Source of the DNA: Phyllosticta citribraziliensis
Taxonomy: Eukaryota
Direction: 5' to 3'
DNA: 64,000 nt
NCBI RefSeq assembly: GCF_038025025.1
Contig: NW_027117342.1
Location: 868,001 to 932,000, forward strand
Shown: positions 1 through 13,994 of the stretch, piece by piece
How positions within the stretch are numbered: position 1 is the first letter of the stretch
Layout of the letters: every line of letters starts with the position of its first letter
Program-made: the position numbers and the translations under genes
The notes under the pieces: model-generated
The model's input: only the letters and a program-made list of their open reading frames with translations
The model's database searches: none
Told to the model about the DNA's origin: nothing

Positions 1-919
1 AAAGAAAGCAAAATTCTGTACTTCGAGGGCGGGAGTGATGGAGCGGACCGCTGCCTATACCGTTCCCAACACTAGCCAACGGCAGCGGCACGCCCCCATC
101 CGTCCGCCCTCCCGTCCTCTACACTAGACACCGATGCACAGGGTCCCTACCTTTCCTTACTCAGGCAAGCGTGGGGAGAGGGGGCACCGGGCAGCAAAGA
201 AAAACATCAACGGGCCAGCTGGGCACGGGCACTGGGTGCACTGCAAACGACTCATTGAGCTAGGGCGCGGAGAGCTTCTCCATCAATCAAGCAGCACCGC
301 GTTGGTATCGGAGATTTGCAACGTGGTTTGTCGACGCTATGGTAAGGGTACTGCACATTATCTGGGGGCCAGGAGACGAACGGACCCGCGGGCATTTGGA
401 TGGATGCGGCAGGTCCCGGTCGCGAATGTGAATGCGGATTTGGGATTTGGCCCGCTTGCTTCCCCTCTCCTAATCAAGTGGTGGTGGTGGTGTTGGTGGT
501 GGTCTCAAGTTCCGAGGCTACATACATAGCTATCGGTGGTCTGGGAGTTTGTTGGAGTGGTGGTGCGCTTGGGCCGAATGGGTGTGGTGCGTTTGACGGG
601 ATGCACACATCAAGGACACATTCGGGTCGCGCTGTTTGATAGATGGGTCTACGTTTGTGTAGACCGGCCGTTTGAACGCCTTCTGCATGAGACGTGTCGG
701 GTTGATCCGAGGGGCTTGTGGGTGGGGTAGGGTCGGTAGCAGATGTGCATGACGTTTGAGCTTTGCTCTGTTTGGTTGCAGCGTGAGTGTCTCCGTGCTC
801 TCCATGTTGCCAGCGGGTTTGAAACTATTGGGACGGCTAGGAAGCATCTGTCGCAAGGCACAAGCGCCATGATCGGGAGGTCTCTCTCCCGCAACGGTTT
901 CTACACACCTACAAACGCA

Positions 920-2158
920 TCAACCTCTGTTCATGGTGTTCCCCGCTCCCTTGGGATTCTCCTCCGTGAACTCGTCCCAGGCCCGCGCCTTCATCGTCTC
1001 CTCATCCGCCTTGTCGAGATCATCCTCATTCGGCTCGGGGCGCATGCCCGACTGCTCGCCGCCGCCCTCGATGATGCCGCCGCGCCGGCGCTCTTCGTCC
1101 AGGTACTCGTCAATCGTCATGGTGGGCAGGCTGTGGTCGGGGCGGAAGACGCCGGCCGCGACCTGCTGCCGGTTGTCAAGCAGTGTGAAAGGTCTCATGG
1201 GCTTCCCGTCGGAGCTCAGCAGCGGACCGTTCCTGGCCGTCAGCGACGACAGCGGCGCATCGAGCCGCTCAGAGTACCCGACGCCGCCGCGCACCCGCTG
1301 CCGCGCGTCTTGCTCTGCGGCGATGGCGTCGGGGGAGGCGCCGGTTGGGGCCGGTGCTGGCGGCGCCAGCGCGAGGATTTGCATCTCCTGCGCAATCGAC
1401 TCGAGTGCTGCAAAGGCCGTGTGCACGTTGAATGCGATGTTGGTGAGATGCAGGTCTCGGAGCGCTGCGTCGTCGTTTTGCAGCGCGCTCGGGTTGGCTC
1501 GTAAATGCTAGATGTCCTGTTACCACACGTGCTCCAAGAAAAATGGAGATGTACCACGATTCCGTGGTATTTGTGCTGGACGTACCTCGAGCTTGGTCTT
1601 CATATCCTTCTCGGCGCGGAACCGCGCAATCTTGGTATCGCGTCGCGCGGCAGCATCAGTTGTCGACGCCGTCGAAAAGGAATCCGGGGCGTCGGTGTAC
1701 TTTTCAAACAGCTGGGCATCCGACTTGGACAGCAAGTCATAAGAATCGAGGAGCTTTAGGAACTTGGCATAGAAGTGGCGGGCCTTTTGCAGATTCGACT
1801 TGCGGAAATCCGGGCTGGTGGCTTTTATCCTTTGCGCGAGCTCGGCGATGTAGAAGTCGATGAGAAAGTATCTATGCGGCTGGTCAGAAAATGACGTCAA
1901 GCGGCTCGACAGGGCGAGGGCGAGGTCCTACTGCAAGTCTCCCGACGAGACATCTTCCAACGATTCGTTGGGACTGAAGAGCGACACTTGGCTGGCGACT
2001 TTTGAGCACTCGTTGTATGTGGCGATGGCGGAGGCGAGGCTGTCCTGGTACTCTTCGCTATTCGAGTTGTAGGACGACTCCAGGGCCTGGCGCTTGGTCT
2101 CTGCGTCGCCGAACAAAGCGCGCAGGCTTCTGGGCTCTTGGTCTGTCGTACTGCTCAT
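920..2158 (-). CDS. tap42: TAP42/alpha4 (IGBP1) PP2A-associated regulatory protein, 3 exons
   Basis: Spliced ORFs (introns ~1931-1872 and ~1585-1508) give SLFSPNESLEDVSSGDLQYFL...RRDTKIARFRAEK...VFRPDHSLPTMTIDEYLDEE...KARAWDEFTEENPKGAGNTMNRG, the typical TAP42 C-terminus. Confidence 0.93.
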
Positions 2159-2722
2159 GATATTGACGGTGATGGTTGTGATTGCGGCGATGAAGGACAC
2201 AGCAAAAGGTAGAGACTGTCACGTGTGGTCGCGATGAAGGTCCGGACGGGATGTTGATAACGCACGGACCACGAGCTAGCGACGACGGGAGCTGCAACAC
2301 CACCTCACGCCCACGCCCACGCGTCACAGGAAATATCCCGATCATCAACACGGCCCGCGTGAGGGCAGCTCTGCCTTCAATTCTTGCGCATCCATGGAAC
2401 TGAGAGCCTGAATCTATCTCAAGCCTGGCGGTGCCAAAGCCCGTGGGCTGGCCCGGCAGCTGCGCAGGCGGTGGTGCTGCAAGTTGGCCCGAGCGCCGAT
2501 GACTGCAAACAAAAGGGAAGCTTAAGGACAACTGCTCGTCCTCCTGCACCTCTGCTTCCATGACTTGACACTCTCTTCGATCCTCCCAAAGATCAGCTCA
2601 TGCACCAAGCTTGATTGAAGTTGTGCTCTGCTGTGAGGTGCCAGAGGGACCCGTTGCTCTCACGCCGGCAGGCTACTTTGCCCTCTGTCCAACAGGGCCT
2701 GTGATCTGAAGCCATCTCGACC

Positions 2723-5700
2723 ATGGATCAAGCTCGTCTTGAGAGAGGAGGCCCATTGCCGACAGATGAAGTCGACAGGTCCAATGAAAGCTCGGTCAAT
2801 GTCGTCGATGACAAAAACTCCAACTCTGCTGACCCCACCTCGATCATGAACGATGCAGATGCCATTGCCGCCCAGAATGAAGCAGACGACGTGGATTCAG
2901 ACAGCGATGACGACCTCCCCATCTCCAATCAGGCAAAGGACTCGACAGAGAAGCGCAAGGCCCAGAATGCTGCTTTCAACTCGTGGGTCACGCAAAAGGC
3001 CGAACAGGTTACCCAGAATGAAGTCAAGGAGGCATTGAAGACGACCGATGACGAGGTCCTCTCTGTTCGGAACATGCTCGCCAAACAAGAATCCAATGTC
3101 ATTGCAAGCCCAAGGGAGTATCAGATGGAGTTGTTTGAGAGGGCCAAAGAAGACAACGTCATTGCCGTTCTTGACACCGGCTCAGGCAAGACCTTGATCG
3201 CTGTGCTCCTCTTGAAGCACATGTTGGAAAGAGAAGTTGAAGATCGTGCGGCTGGAAAACCTCCCAGGATCTCCTTCTTTTTGGCAAGTCTCCCACCTGG
3301 CAGCTGTATTCCTGCTAACACTCTCAAGGTTGACTCGGTCACCCTGGTGTTTCAGCAATTCGCTGTCCTCGAAACCAACTTGGACTACAAGGTCGATCGC
3401 TTCTGCGGAGCGATGCATTGCGAGTTGTGGTCCAAACACACATGGGAAAAGCACTTTGCCGAAAACATGGTCATCGTCTGCACTGCTGCTGTCCTCAACC
3501 AGTGCCTGATGCACTCTTTCATCAAGATTGATCAAATCAACTTGTTGATTTTCGATGAGGCTCATCACGCAAAGAAGGGCCACGACTATGCCAAGTAAGT
3601 CAGATCACAACACCGAGTCTATGAAAACTAATTCTTGTCCACAGAATCATCAAGGACCATTACGTTCCCATGGAGGAGAAGTCCCGCCGCCCCAAGATAT
3701 TCGGCATGACGGCTTCTCCTGTCGATGCCAAGGTCGATGTTGGCCAGGCTGCCATGTTGGTTTTCCACACTCCATTTTCTGGGCTGCCGCTAACTGTTTG
3801 CAGGGAATTAGAGCGATTATTGCACGCCAAGATTGCAACGACCAAGAACCTCGATCTCTTGCGCAAGACAATCAGCAAACCTGAGGAGGTCGTGGTCAGA
3901 TACGATCCTCTGCGCAAGCCGTTTGAGACACCACTGCACGAAAAGCTCAAGGAAAAGCTCGGCGACATCCCGGCATTTGATACACTTTTCGAATCTGCTA
4001 GCAAGGCCAGCTCTGAACTTGGAGCTTGGTGCGCCGACCTGTACTGGTCTTTTGCACTTGCAGACGAAGAAGCTCGCAAGCTGGAAAGTAAGCGTGAGCA
4101 GGCTTTCCACAGGGACAAGAAGAGGAAGACGGTCTCTGGACTGGATGCAGAAATCGCACGGTTGAGAGAAGCCGTCGAAATTGTCCATCACCATGAGTTT
4201 GGACGCCCAGTAGCAGAACTTACTCACCTCAGCTCCAAGGTTCTGGCGCTTTACCGTTGGCTTATGCGCCAATTCGAACGACCTACCGAGTCCAGGGCGA
4301 TCGTTTTTGTTCAGCGTCGACAGACTGCTCGTCTCCTCCACGAGCTCTTCTGCCGTCTTGGTGGACCATACTTGCGGCCTGGTATCATTACTGGCAACAC
4401 GTCCAAAACCGCTGACTTAAACATTTCGTTCCGCAAACAAGTCATGACCATGATCAACTTTCGGAAAGGCGAGGTCAACTGTCTCTTCGCAACATCGGTT
4501 GCTGAGGAGGGCCTCGATATCCCAGACTGCAACCTTGCGATTCGATTTGACCTTTATTTCACCATGATCCAGTATGTCCAGTCCAGAGGACGCGCCCGGC
4601 ACAAAAACTCCAAATACGTCCACATGATTGAAGACAAGAATCAGACGCATGAACAGACTGTGCTCCTGGCCAGAAAAGCCGAGAGGGCGATGCGCAAGTT
4701 CTGCGAGTCGATGCCCGAGGACAGGATTCTGCACGGCAATGACGCCGACCTTGAAGACTTGATGATCACTGGAAAGGGATTTCGCACTTACACGGACCCG
4801 AAAAGTAAGGCAAAGTTGACTTACAACGAGAGCTTGGTCGTTCTCGCTCATTTCTGTAGCGTCCTTCCACGCCAAAGCGACGTCACATCTGACCCGCTTT
4901 ACATCATGTCTTCGCAGGGCGGCAAATTCATTTGCGAGGTAATTCTCCCAAGCCAGGCACCGATAACCTCTGTCATGGGACGACCCGCGAGCAAAAAGGC
5001 GATTGCCAAACGATCTGCTGCTTTCGAAGCCTGTCTGCAGCTGCGACAGCAAGAATTTCTTGATGAAAATCTTCTTCCGATTTACACCAAGCAACTCCCC
5101 GCCCTGCGAAATGCAAAGCTTGCCCTCAACTGCAAAAAGACGAATTCATATGAGATGATGACGAAGCCTGCTTTCTGGGCTGATCTTCGTGGAACGGAGC
5201 CCGTGGAGCTGTATGCTACAATCATTGAAATTCCAGATGGCCTGGATCGCCCTTATCAACCACTCGCCATCTTCACCAGAAAGCCGTTGCCCGAAATCCC
5301 GAGCTTTCCTCTCTTCCTAAACTCTGGCAAAACGAGCCGAGTTGACCTGCGGCCCGAAAACATCAAGTTCACATGCAGCCATGAGCAGCTGGTGAAGCTT
5401 TCGAGCTACACCTTTCGCATTTTCTTCGACATTTACAACAAAAAGTTCGAAGAGGATATCGCGAATCTGTCGTACTGGCTAGCTCCGGTGATGCCTTCCT
5501 ACATCATGAGGGGGAATCGTGAGGATCTCGAGGAGTTGCTTGACTGGCCTGCTCTGGAAGCTGTTTACAAAACAGACGAGCACAAAGGCTACAGGTTCAG
5601 GCGCGGCGAGTATCCGGACGACTTTTTGCTGAACAAATACCTCGTGGACCAGTTTGACGGAGGCAGGCGTTTCTATTCCGAGAGGATCAATACTGACCTA

Positions 5701-7641
5701 AGGCCCACTGATCCTGTCCCTGAGGATGCAATCAGGGCAAAGAAACCCGAACAGAGGACCGACATCCTCAACTACTCAATCAGCTTGTACAAGATGTCCA
5801 GACAGAAGCAGGACCCCATTTGGGACCGCCAACAGCCAGTCGTCGAGGCCCGGCAAGTTTTGCACAGACGGAACATGTTGGCTGAAGCCGAGACAAAGGA
5901 ATTGGACCTACGCACGAAAGTCTACCTCTGTCCTGAACCGCTCAGAATTTCGGCCCTCAAAGCTGAGGCGGTTACGACGGCGTACGTATTCCCGGCCATC
6001 ATTCATCGTGTCGATGAGTACCTGATCGCTCTGGAGGCTTGCGAAATGCTGGGCATCAATGTTCTTCCAGAGCTAGCCCTCGAGGCATTTACGAAAGACT
6101 CGGACAATACCGAGGACCATACTGGAGAGGTCATCAACTTTCGACGTGGCATGGGAAAGAACTACGAGCGACTCGAGTTCATGGGAGACTGTTTCCTGAA
6201 GATGGCGGCATCCATTGCTCTATTCGGACAATGTCCCGACGACAACGAGTTCTTTTGCCATTGCAACCGGATGAACATGGTCTGCAACCAAACTCTCTTC
6301 GAGACGGCCAAGAAGATTGAATTGCCCAAATACGTCCGCAGTATGGCGTTCAATCGCCGTACCTGGTACCCAGACGGTCTCAAGCTCCTCGAAGGCAAAG
6401 GCCACAAGGCGGGCGGTGAAAACAAAATGAGGCATTCCCTGGGAGACAAGTCAGTTGCCGACGTCTGCGAAGCTCTCATCGGCGCTGCATACATTACCCA
6501 CAACAATGTCGATGTTTGGGAGCCTTCGCTCTGGAACGACGCCGTAAAAGCTGTCTCGAAGCTTGTTTGCAAGCCGCTGCACACGATGGAGACTTGGTCT
6601 GGCTACATGGACGTCTACCAGCGTCCTGCGTACCTCGATGGCGCTTCCCCTGCCGCCGAGCTCGAAATGGCCCGCAAAGCTGCTCTTGAACATGCTTACC
6701 AGTTTCGTAACACGAAACTCCTTCGCTCAGCCTTCTGCCATCCATCCTATCCCATCTCCTGGGCCAAAGTGCCGTCCTATCAACGTCTCGAGTTCCTCGG
6801 CGACTCGCTGCTTGATATGGCGTGCGTCAACTACCTCTTCCACCGCTTCCCCGACAAGGACCCGCAGTGGCTGACAGAGCACAAAATGGCCATGGTGGGC
6901 AACAAGTTCCTCGGCGCGCTGTGCGTCAAAATCGACTTCTACAAGCATCTCATGTACAACGACTCGCAGATCGAGCACCAGATCCGCGAGTACGCCACCG
7001 AGATTAATGAAGCCGAGGCCGAATCACGGGGTGCACGCGACTACTGGGTGGCCGTCAAGGAGTCGCCCAAGTGCCTGCCCGACATCGTCGAAGCCTACAT
7101 CGGCGCCATGTTTGTCGACTCCGGCTACGACTACGGCCAGGTGGTGCGCTTCTTCGACACGCATGTGCGCTGGTTCTTCGAAGACATGACGATTTACGAC
7201 TCGTTCGCCAAAAACCACCCGACGACGCGGCTGCACGCCCGCCTGAGCGAGGAGCTGGGCTGCGCCGACTACCGCATCCTGGCGCGCGAGATGGAGAGCG
7301 TCGTCCCCGGCGCCCCGACAAAGTGCGTCGCCGGTGTCATGGTGCACAACCAGGTTATCGCCGAGGGCATGGCCAGCTCGGGCAAGAATGCAAAGGTCAA
7401 GGCTAGCCAGGCCGCGTTGGAGAAGCTGAGCGGCTTGGTGCCGCATGAGTTTCGGTTGCAGTATGGCTGCCATTGTCGCGTTGAGGTGCAGGCTGAGGGA
7501 CAGGATGACGTTGTGGGTGGACCGGGCCGTGACGGCGAGGCGGTATCGCAACAAGATGTGGCGATGGTGGCAGAGGGAGGAGCTGCGCCAAAAGCGGAGA
7601 CGGCGACGGCTGCGGCGCAATCTGCGGACAGCCTCATTTGA
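2723..7641 (+). CDS. dcl1: Dicer-like protein 1 (DExD/H helicase, dimerisation domain, PAZ-like region, two RNase III domains, C-terminal dsRBD)
   Basis: Motifs [45 protein letters not shown], RNase IIIa [14 protein letters not shown], RNase IIIb [15 protein letters not shown]-terminal C..H..CHC. Introns 3284-3328 (GC-AG), 3595-3644, 3756-3803. Confidence 0.96.
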
Positions 7642-9269
7642 GGCATGACGACATTTTCCACCATGACGAGCGTGCGAACGAAGATTCCTTCAAACCAAGA
7701 TTTCCCATTTCTTCTCCAATGCTCTGGCTCAAACATCGGAAGAAGGCCAACAGCCAGCCACGAGGCAAATCGACATTTTCCACGGTTGAATCAACCTCTC
7801 TCTCTCTATCAAGGTCTGCAGAGAACGGCACTCGACGTGTGCAGCCGGCCATTTCCATCTGAAGTTCTCTCTTTCTTTTCCTCTTTCTCCCCTTTTTCAC
7901 GTCCTCCACTATTATCCCCTTTCTCTTTCTCTTTCTCCCTTCCTCTACGATCTCAACGAGCGACCAGACATGAATGGACCAGGCAGGCGTACAGGCGCAA
8001 AGGGTGCAGTGTCTGGCTAAACTCGAAGGAAGAAGGAACTGCTTCTCTCAGGCTCTAGACAGATGAGTAGAAAATGATGACGATGATCATGAATTCCAAC
8101 CAACCGAACATATTGACTCGCGTGCGTGCTGTGAGCCAGTGATCCGATTTCTGTTTCTCACTGCCTGTCGCACGGTGCATACGTGTAAGTGATGATGAGA
8201 TAGGGATGAGGGATAACGCGCCAGAAGTCAAGGCTGCTTTGACCTGCCTCTTCACCATCACGACCGCAAAAAGGCAAGACAGAGGAAAGAGGAGCCTAAG
8301 GGAGCAGTAGACGTAGCAGCGGCAGCAACAGAAACAGCAGAGAAGCACACAAGGATAATGAATACCAGTTAATTCAACTGACACAATAAAACTACAACTA
8401 CACCGACCGACGGATGACCGATACCAGCATACGATACCAGCGGCAAAAATGAAAGCGGACAGAGCGAGCAGCCATTCCACACTGATGACACACACACACA
8501 CATAACACCCCTGACGCTGTCCATCCACCCTTGATCCGCAGTCTCCTTTCCTCTGCTCCTTGCATACATGCATGTACGCCTTCCATCCGCCCATCCCTCC
8601 AGCAGTGTCGTCATTCGCCAAGGCCCGGACAGCAACAAAAAAAAAAAAAAAAAAACAGACAGGTAGCGATACAGCGACGACAACACCATAGACTATGCGA
8701 ACCGGCTTTAGAGCAAGGGCAATAATGCAGGGAAAAAAGAAAGTTGGACATTCCTTTTGCAAGCAGCGCTCCGAGAGGGAAAGTGTGTAGACCGAGTCCC
8801 CCGAGATTTTTGTTCTTGTTTTCTCATCTTGACAAAGTTTTCGTTGTGACATCGGAGAGGCGTCGAGCAGGGCGTGAGTGATTTTGATTGTTGAGACATC
8901 ACGAAAGAATACGGACAGAAAAGCAACAAGCGCAGGGCCACAGTCAAGAAATAGTTGCAACTTCCGCCACCAAGACGGGAGCCACGTTGCTCACCTGATG
9001 TAATACAATCCGCTACTGTCGAGTGTAGCTCCTTCGTAATAATTCCGACTGCGCCATGCGAAGAAGCACAAGACGAGGAAGACGACGACAGCCGTGATGC
9101 GGATGCCAGTGTTGACGAGCAGGATTGCGGGCCAGGGAGCTCTTTGAGGACCAGAAAGACATGAATCAGTTATTCGCCAGGCCGGATTTTCGAAATTGTG
9201 AATTTGGTGATTGGATAGGTTTGAAAGAGATGGATTTCTCTTCATCTGTGTGGAGGAAGATTGTGATGT

Positions 9270-10707
9270 CTATTGCTGCTTCTCATACCCCTCTGGCTTC
9301 TGCATGTTGTTGGTTTCGAAGAAGCGTGCCGTGCCTGTTGTGCGAGCGGGATTAGCATGTCAGCCCTTGCAAGCGACGATCAAGGGGTTCTTACATGAAT
9401 ATCCGTTCCAGTCAAAGTTGTCCTTGGGATTGCAGTGGCACTTGTTTTCAGTGCGCACCTTTTCGCTCGTAGGGCAGTGAGTAAAGGGCACGTGGTAGTA
9501 TGCAATGTCGTCGAAGAAATGAAGCTCGTTCTTCTGAAGCATGAGACCGGCGGCGATGGAGTGAACGGGAGCGTCGCCCCAGCGTTCGTAGAAGAAACCA
9601 CCATCCTTGTCAAGGTGGTCGAAGAAGTCAAGGTAAGCCTGGCTCCGAAGCCAGTCGAGGTTGCCGATTTCGAAGTTTGACCACTACGAGTCATGTTAGC
9701 AACCTTTTTGTATTTTTGGCGTCGCCTGCAACCGTGATTGGAGATGTGGAACATACAAAGTGACAGTGGTTGTAAGTCTTGCCATCGTCGTCGCTGAGGA
9801 AAGACATGGAGTTGTCCTTGGCAATGTGCTGAGGGTACATTTGCATGAATGTCTTGACGCTGTCCCAGAGAGTGGGGATGGTCTCGACGTATTCGTACAA
9901 ACTGAGCACAAAACTGTACTTCTTCTTGTGCTCGGCCATGAACTTGAACGTGTCGTATCCAATGTCGCAGAAGAGCTCGATGCTGGGCTCGACGCGCCAG
10001 TACCACTCGTAGTCCAGCATCAACGGGTGGCGGAAGAAGAATCCAGACTCGTAGCGGCACATGTGGCGGTAGCTTATGGAGTCGCCGTAGATGATTTGCT
10101 TCTGCTTCATTTCGTCGCGGACCTTGGCGGCCTTGTTCGTATCGATCCAGGAGGGGAACGACCAGTGGTCCGAGTTAATCTTGCCATACTTGGTCTTTCC
10201 CGAAACCAAGGAAGTGGTGACTTTGATGAAAGTGTCGTCGAAGTCGTTGTCATTGAGGAAGACCCAGTCGTAGTTGTACTTGCGGTTGAAGCGGTCCTCG
10301 ACTTGACGAATGGAGCGAGCAATCTCCCAGACATCCGAGTTGCGCGCCAATGTGACAAAGGTGGCATTCATGCGCTCACCCGGAGCCGTCTCACCCAGAC
10401 GGTTACCAGAAGTGTTTGGAGTCGTGTCCTTGTCGCTCGAGACCTTGGGCTGGCTCGAGGCGTCCTTGACGCCAGAGTCGGCGCTGGTGGGCGCCGAGCT
10501 ACCCTTCCATTTGGAGCCCTGCTCTTTGATGATTTCGCTGGCGCTCTGCAGGCGGGCACTCGGGACAGGCGAGGAGGAAAAGAAGAAGACGAGGAGAAGG
10601 CACTGGAGTCGGACAGTCAGTCAGCGCAAGCGCGTGGGCAGGGATCGGGAAAGGCATACAATGAAGGCGAATATGATGTAGCGCAGGTAGCGCTGGGTGC
10701 CGGCCAT
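9270..10707 (-). CDS. kre2: Alpha-1,2-mannosyltransferase, GT15 (KRE2/KTR/MNT1 family)
   Basis: N-terminal TM segment, then [51 protein letters not shown] and C-terminal [16 protein letters not shown]; three introns. Confidence 0.93.
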
Positions 10708-11384
10708 GGCGTCTGATTTCCCGGGAGAGAGAGAGAGAGAGAGAGAGAGAGTGAGAAGTTCAACGCGGATCCCGCAACGGGGTCGCCAGGGAAAAAGAGC
10801 GGATGGAGAGCAACTTTGTAGGGGGCTGGATGTTGTTTCGGCGGAGGGGCGGCGGTGGTTTGCCGGTCAACAGAGCGGTGCAATACGAGATGCGATGGGT
10901 CCGCGCAGGAAGAGAGTGGAAGAAGAGGGCAGACAGGACGGGGGAGAGGGCGAGAAAAGGAAAAGACGACGAGGTGAGCGAACCAAGGGCGCGGTGGATT
11001 GGATTCCTCTTGTGGTTACGCGGCCACTAGAGTTGCGGCTTCCACAGTCCACAATGGCGACGACAGCAAGGGAAGGGAAGGGCAGGGCCGGGGCCGGGGC
11101 CGGGTCGACTAACAAGGGCAAGGGGCGGCCTGTGCTGGGCCCACGCTCACCTCCAGTAACTGACCTGACTGAACTGAACCCCATCGCTCACCCACGCACC
11201 ACGGCCATCCTATCCATCATCGCTCATTGTTTGCTCAATCAGCGCCGTCTTACTGTTCGCTCCATCTTGATCCCCACCAGTCGCCCGGCCGCGTCCTGCG
11301 CGCCACCGACCTCACCCATCAGCGACTAGAAAGACGCGTCGCTGGAACCTGCGCTCATCCCACATCATCACCACCCCCGCCATC

Positions 11385-13994
11385 ATGTCCTTCTTCGGCT
11401 TCGACACCACCCTGCCGAGGGACCGTCCTGCTCACCACCCCTCTGCTCCAGGCTTTGGACAGACCCCCGACCCATGGGCTGGCCTGTCCAGAGGTGCATC
11501 CGCCAACGCCGACGATGCGTAAGTCTCATCGCCATCGCCTGCGTGCTGCCCAACCTAACCTTCTTCTCTGCCCAGAATTGACTTTGAAGACACCTACGAC
11601 GGCCTCGGCGACCGCTTGGACGAGACCGACGATGCCTTCAACGACGAGACGTTTGGCGGCGAAGAAAACAATGTCGGCAAGGATTTCGACTTCTCCGGCC
11701 AGACGGCCAAGGTGGCCGACACCATGCAAGAAGAGCAGATGCTCTACACCGTCCGCCAGCCCCCCCGGAAAGAGGAGAAGCAGCCTGCCAAGACTGGCTA
11801 TGAGAACTACCAGCAGCCTGGCTACATGGGAAATTTGGAGGCCAGCGCCGACATTTGGGGCTCCATTCCCAAGAGGTCCACTCCGCAGCAAGAGTCTTAC
11901 AAGCAGCCCAGTCCCGCTCCCGCTGCTGCTCCTCAAAGGAAGTTCATGAGTCTGGAGGAAGTTGAGGCGGCTATGCTCGCTCAGAGCAAGCCAAAGGCAC
12001 AACACGCGAGCCCTGCGCCAGCGGTCCAGCAGCCAACTCCACCGCAACCTCAAATCCAAATGCCCGCCGGCCCTCCCCAGCAATTTCCGCCTGGCTACCC
12101 GCAGCACCCGGGATTTGGAGTTCCGCCGCAGGTCCTCCAACGCCCCCAGCAATTCGTCCAGCAGCGTCCGCAGTCGATCCCGCAACAGCAAATGCCGTTC
12201 GAGCTTCCAGGCCAGGGTATTCCGCAGCCTCAAGTCATGCAGCACCAGATGCCGGAACATGCGGCTCGAGCAACCCCTCCGCAGCAACAGCAAATGCATC
12301 AGCCCCCTCCTCACGCCCAAATCCATCAGCCCGTGCCTCAACAGGCCCGTCAGATCCTGCAGAACCCGAATCGTCTTTCCGGTCACGGCCAGCCGCTTGC
12401 CCAGTCCTTCAACCGCATACCTCCTTCTGGACCAGCGCACAACCGCGGTCCTTCCTACCAGGGTCCTGTGATTACGCATCCCGAACAGTTGCTGCGTCTG
12501 TCGGACGCTGAGCGTGCTGCCTTTCTCGAGGAGGATGCCAAACGTGCTAAGAGGATACACAAAATTCACATGCTGTCCAAGGACAACGGTCTGATGACGC
12601 CCCAAGACAAGAACTTCATCACTCGCATACAGCTCCAGCAGCTCGTGGCCGCAACTGGAAACATTGACGATCAGGGTCCCGAAGCGGCATTGGCCGAGGA
12701 CTTTTACTACCAGGTCTACTCGCAAATTCGCGGTGCACCAAGGCAGAATCCTCACCAGCCTGCAAACCAGTTTGCTCAGACCTACCTCTTCCAGACCGGT
12801 AGCCGATATGGCATGGGCCGTCGCCATCACCGCGGAGGCGACAACCATGTACAGCGCATGGAGCAACAGGTGCAACGCGCCGTGGAGGCTGCCAAGGCCA
12901 AGCCGAAGAACAAGCAGCTCGTCATCGAGGGCAGCCTCGGCAAGATTTCCTTCAGCAATGCCAAGACTCCAAAGCCTCTGCTCAACATCAAGAAACCGGA
13001 GAACAGCGATGCGCGACCCAATGGCCCTGGTCGTCGTCCAAGCAGGGTTGCCAATGACGCTGCTGACAGAAAGACTGCGCTCCGAGACATCGAGGCGATA
13101 TACGGCATTTTGATGAAGATGGAAGATCACGAGCGTAACATGCCTCCGCCTTTGGGCGAGGAGAGCGACCCTGAGGAGATTCAGCTGCACATGGAATGGC
13201 GCCAGAAGATTCAAGACCTCAACCAGAAGCTGTGGCGGAGCTTGAAGGTCATGGAGCCAATCATGCCTAACTCCAGCATCCCGCATCCTTTCATTGCTAT
13301 CCTGTCCACTCCCAAGGGCAAAAAGGCCATCCCTCGCATCTTCCGCCATATTGACGAGCAGCAGCGCGTCACGATTCTCACCATGATCGTCGTCCACCTT
13401 GATACTCTCGACGTGGTTCAACACGGAATCCCGGTGGACCCCGCAGTACCCCTTTCTCGATCCGTGAAGGAGGAAATAGAACTTTTTGCACACGCTGTTA
13501 TGCCGCCTCTCTTTGCCTACGTCAATGAGGCTCCTCTCAACATCGTCATTGGTCTTCTCGGTCTTGTTCTTGAGCGCACCAACATTCCAGTCCTCGTTCG
13601 GACCAAGATTGGTCTTTCTATTCTGACCATGTTCGTTTCGCGCGCCGAGCTGGTCAAGCAGTCGACTCCCCCTTCGCCAAACGCAGCGCAAGATCTTCAG
13701 CAGATTGAGCAGCTTTACAACCGCCTCTTTGATGTGATTGAGCCGATCTTGCCGTACATCTTCCCCGGTAGCGTCAAGGACGACGAGGACGTGTACGTGT
13801 GGCAATTCCTTGCAGCCATGGGGGTGGGAGCTAGCGCAGAGCAGCAACAGCGCCTGGTGCTCGGAGTCAAGGATCGCGTAATGGAGACTGTCAATGTCTG
13901 CAAGGCGCTGCCGCAGGAGCTTTCAGCGGCTCGTTTGGGTCACGTCAATTTGTTTATGCGTGCCATTGGCCTGGATGTCGAGCTGCTTGGGTGA
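11385..13994 (+). CDS. pat1: Pat1 mRNA decapping activator (topoisomerase II-associated protein)
   Basis: Starts MSFFGFDTTLP; one intron ~11519-11575; acidic DAFNDETFG, P/Q-rich middle, GLMTPQDKNFITRIQLQQL, EDFYYQVY, C-terminal VNLFMRAIGLD. Confidence 0.95.

Noticed and set aside
134..894. Short ORFs at the window start
   Set aside because: No family motifs or convincing splice structure; likely tap42 3' flank
8055..9245. Hydrophobic minus-strand ORFs downstream of the mannosyltransferase
   Set aside because: Low-complexity, T/G-rich UTR-like sequence with poly-T and (TG)n; no coding signature
11526..13847. 773-aa antisense ORF over pat1 (similarly 9760..10716, 54675..55970, 743..1504)
   Set aside because: Shadow ORFs expected from GC3-biased codons on the opposite strand; no recognisable motifs
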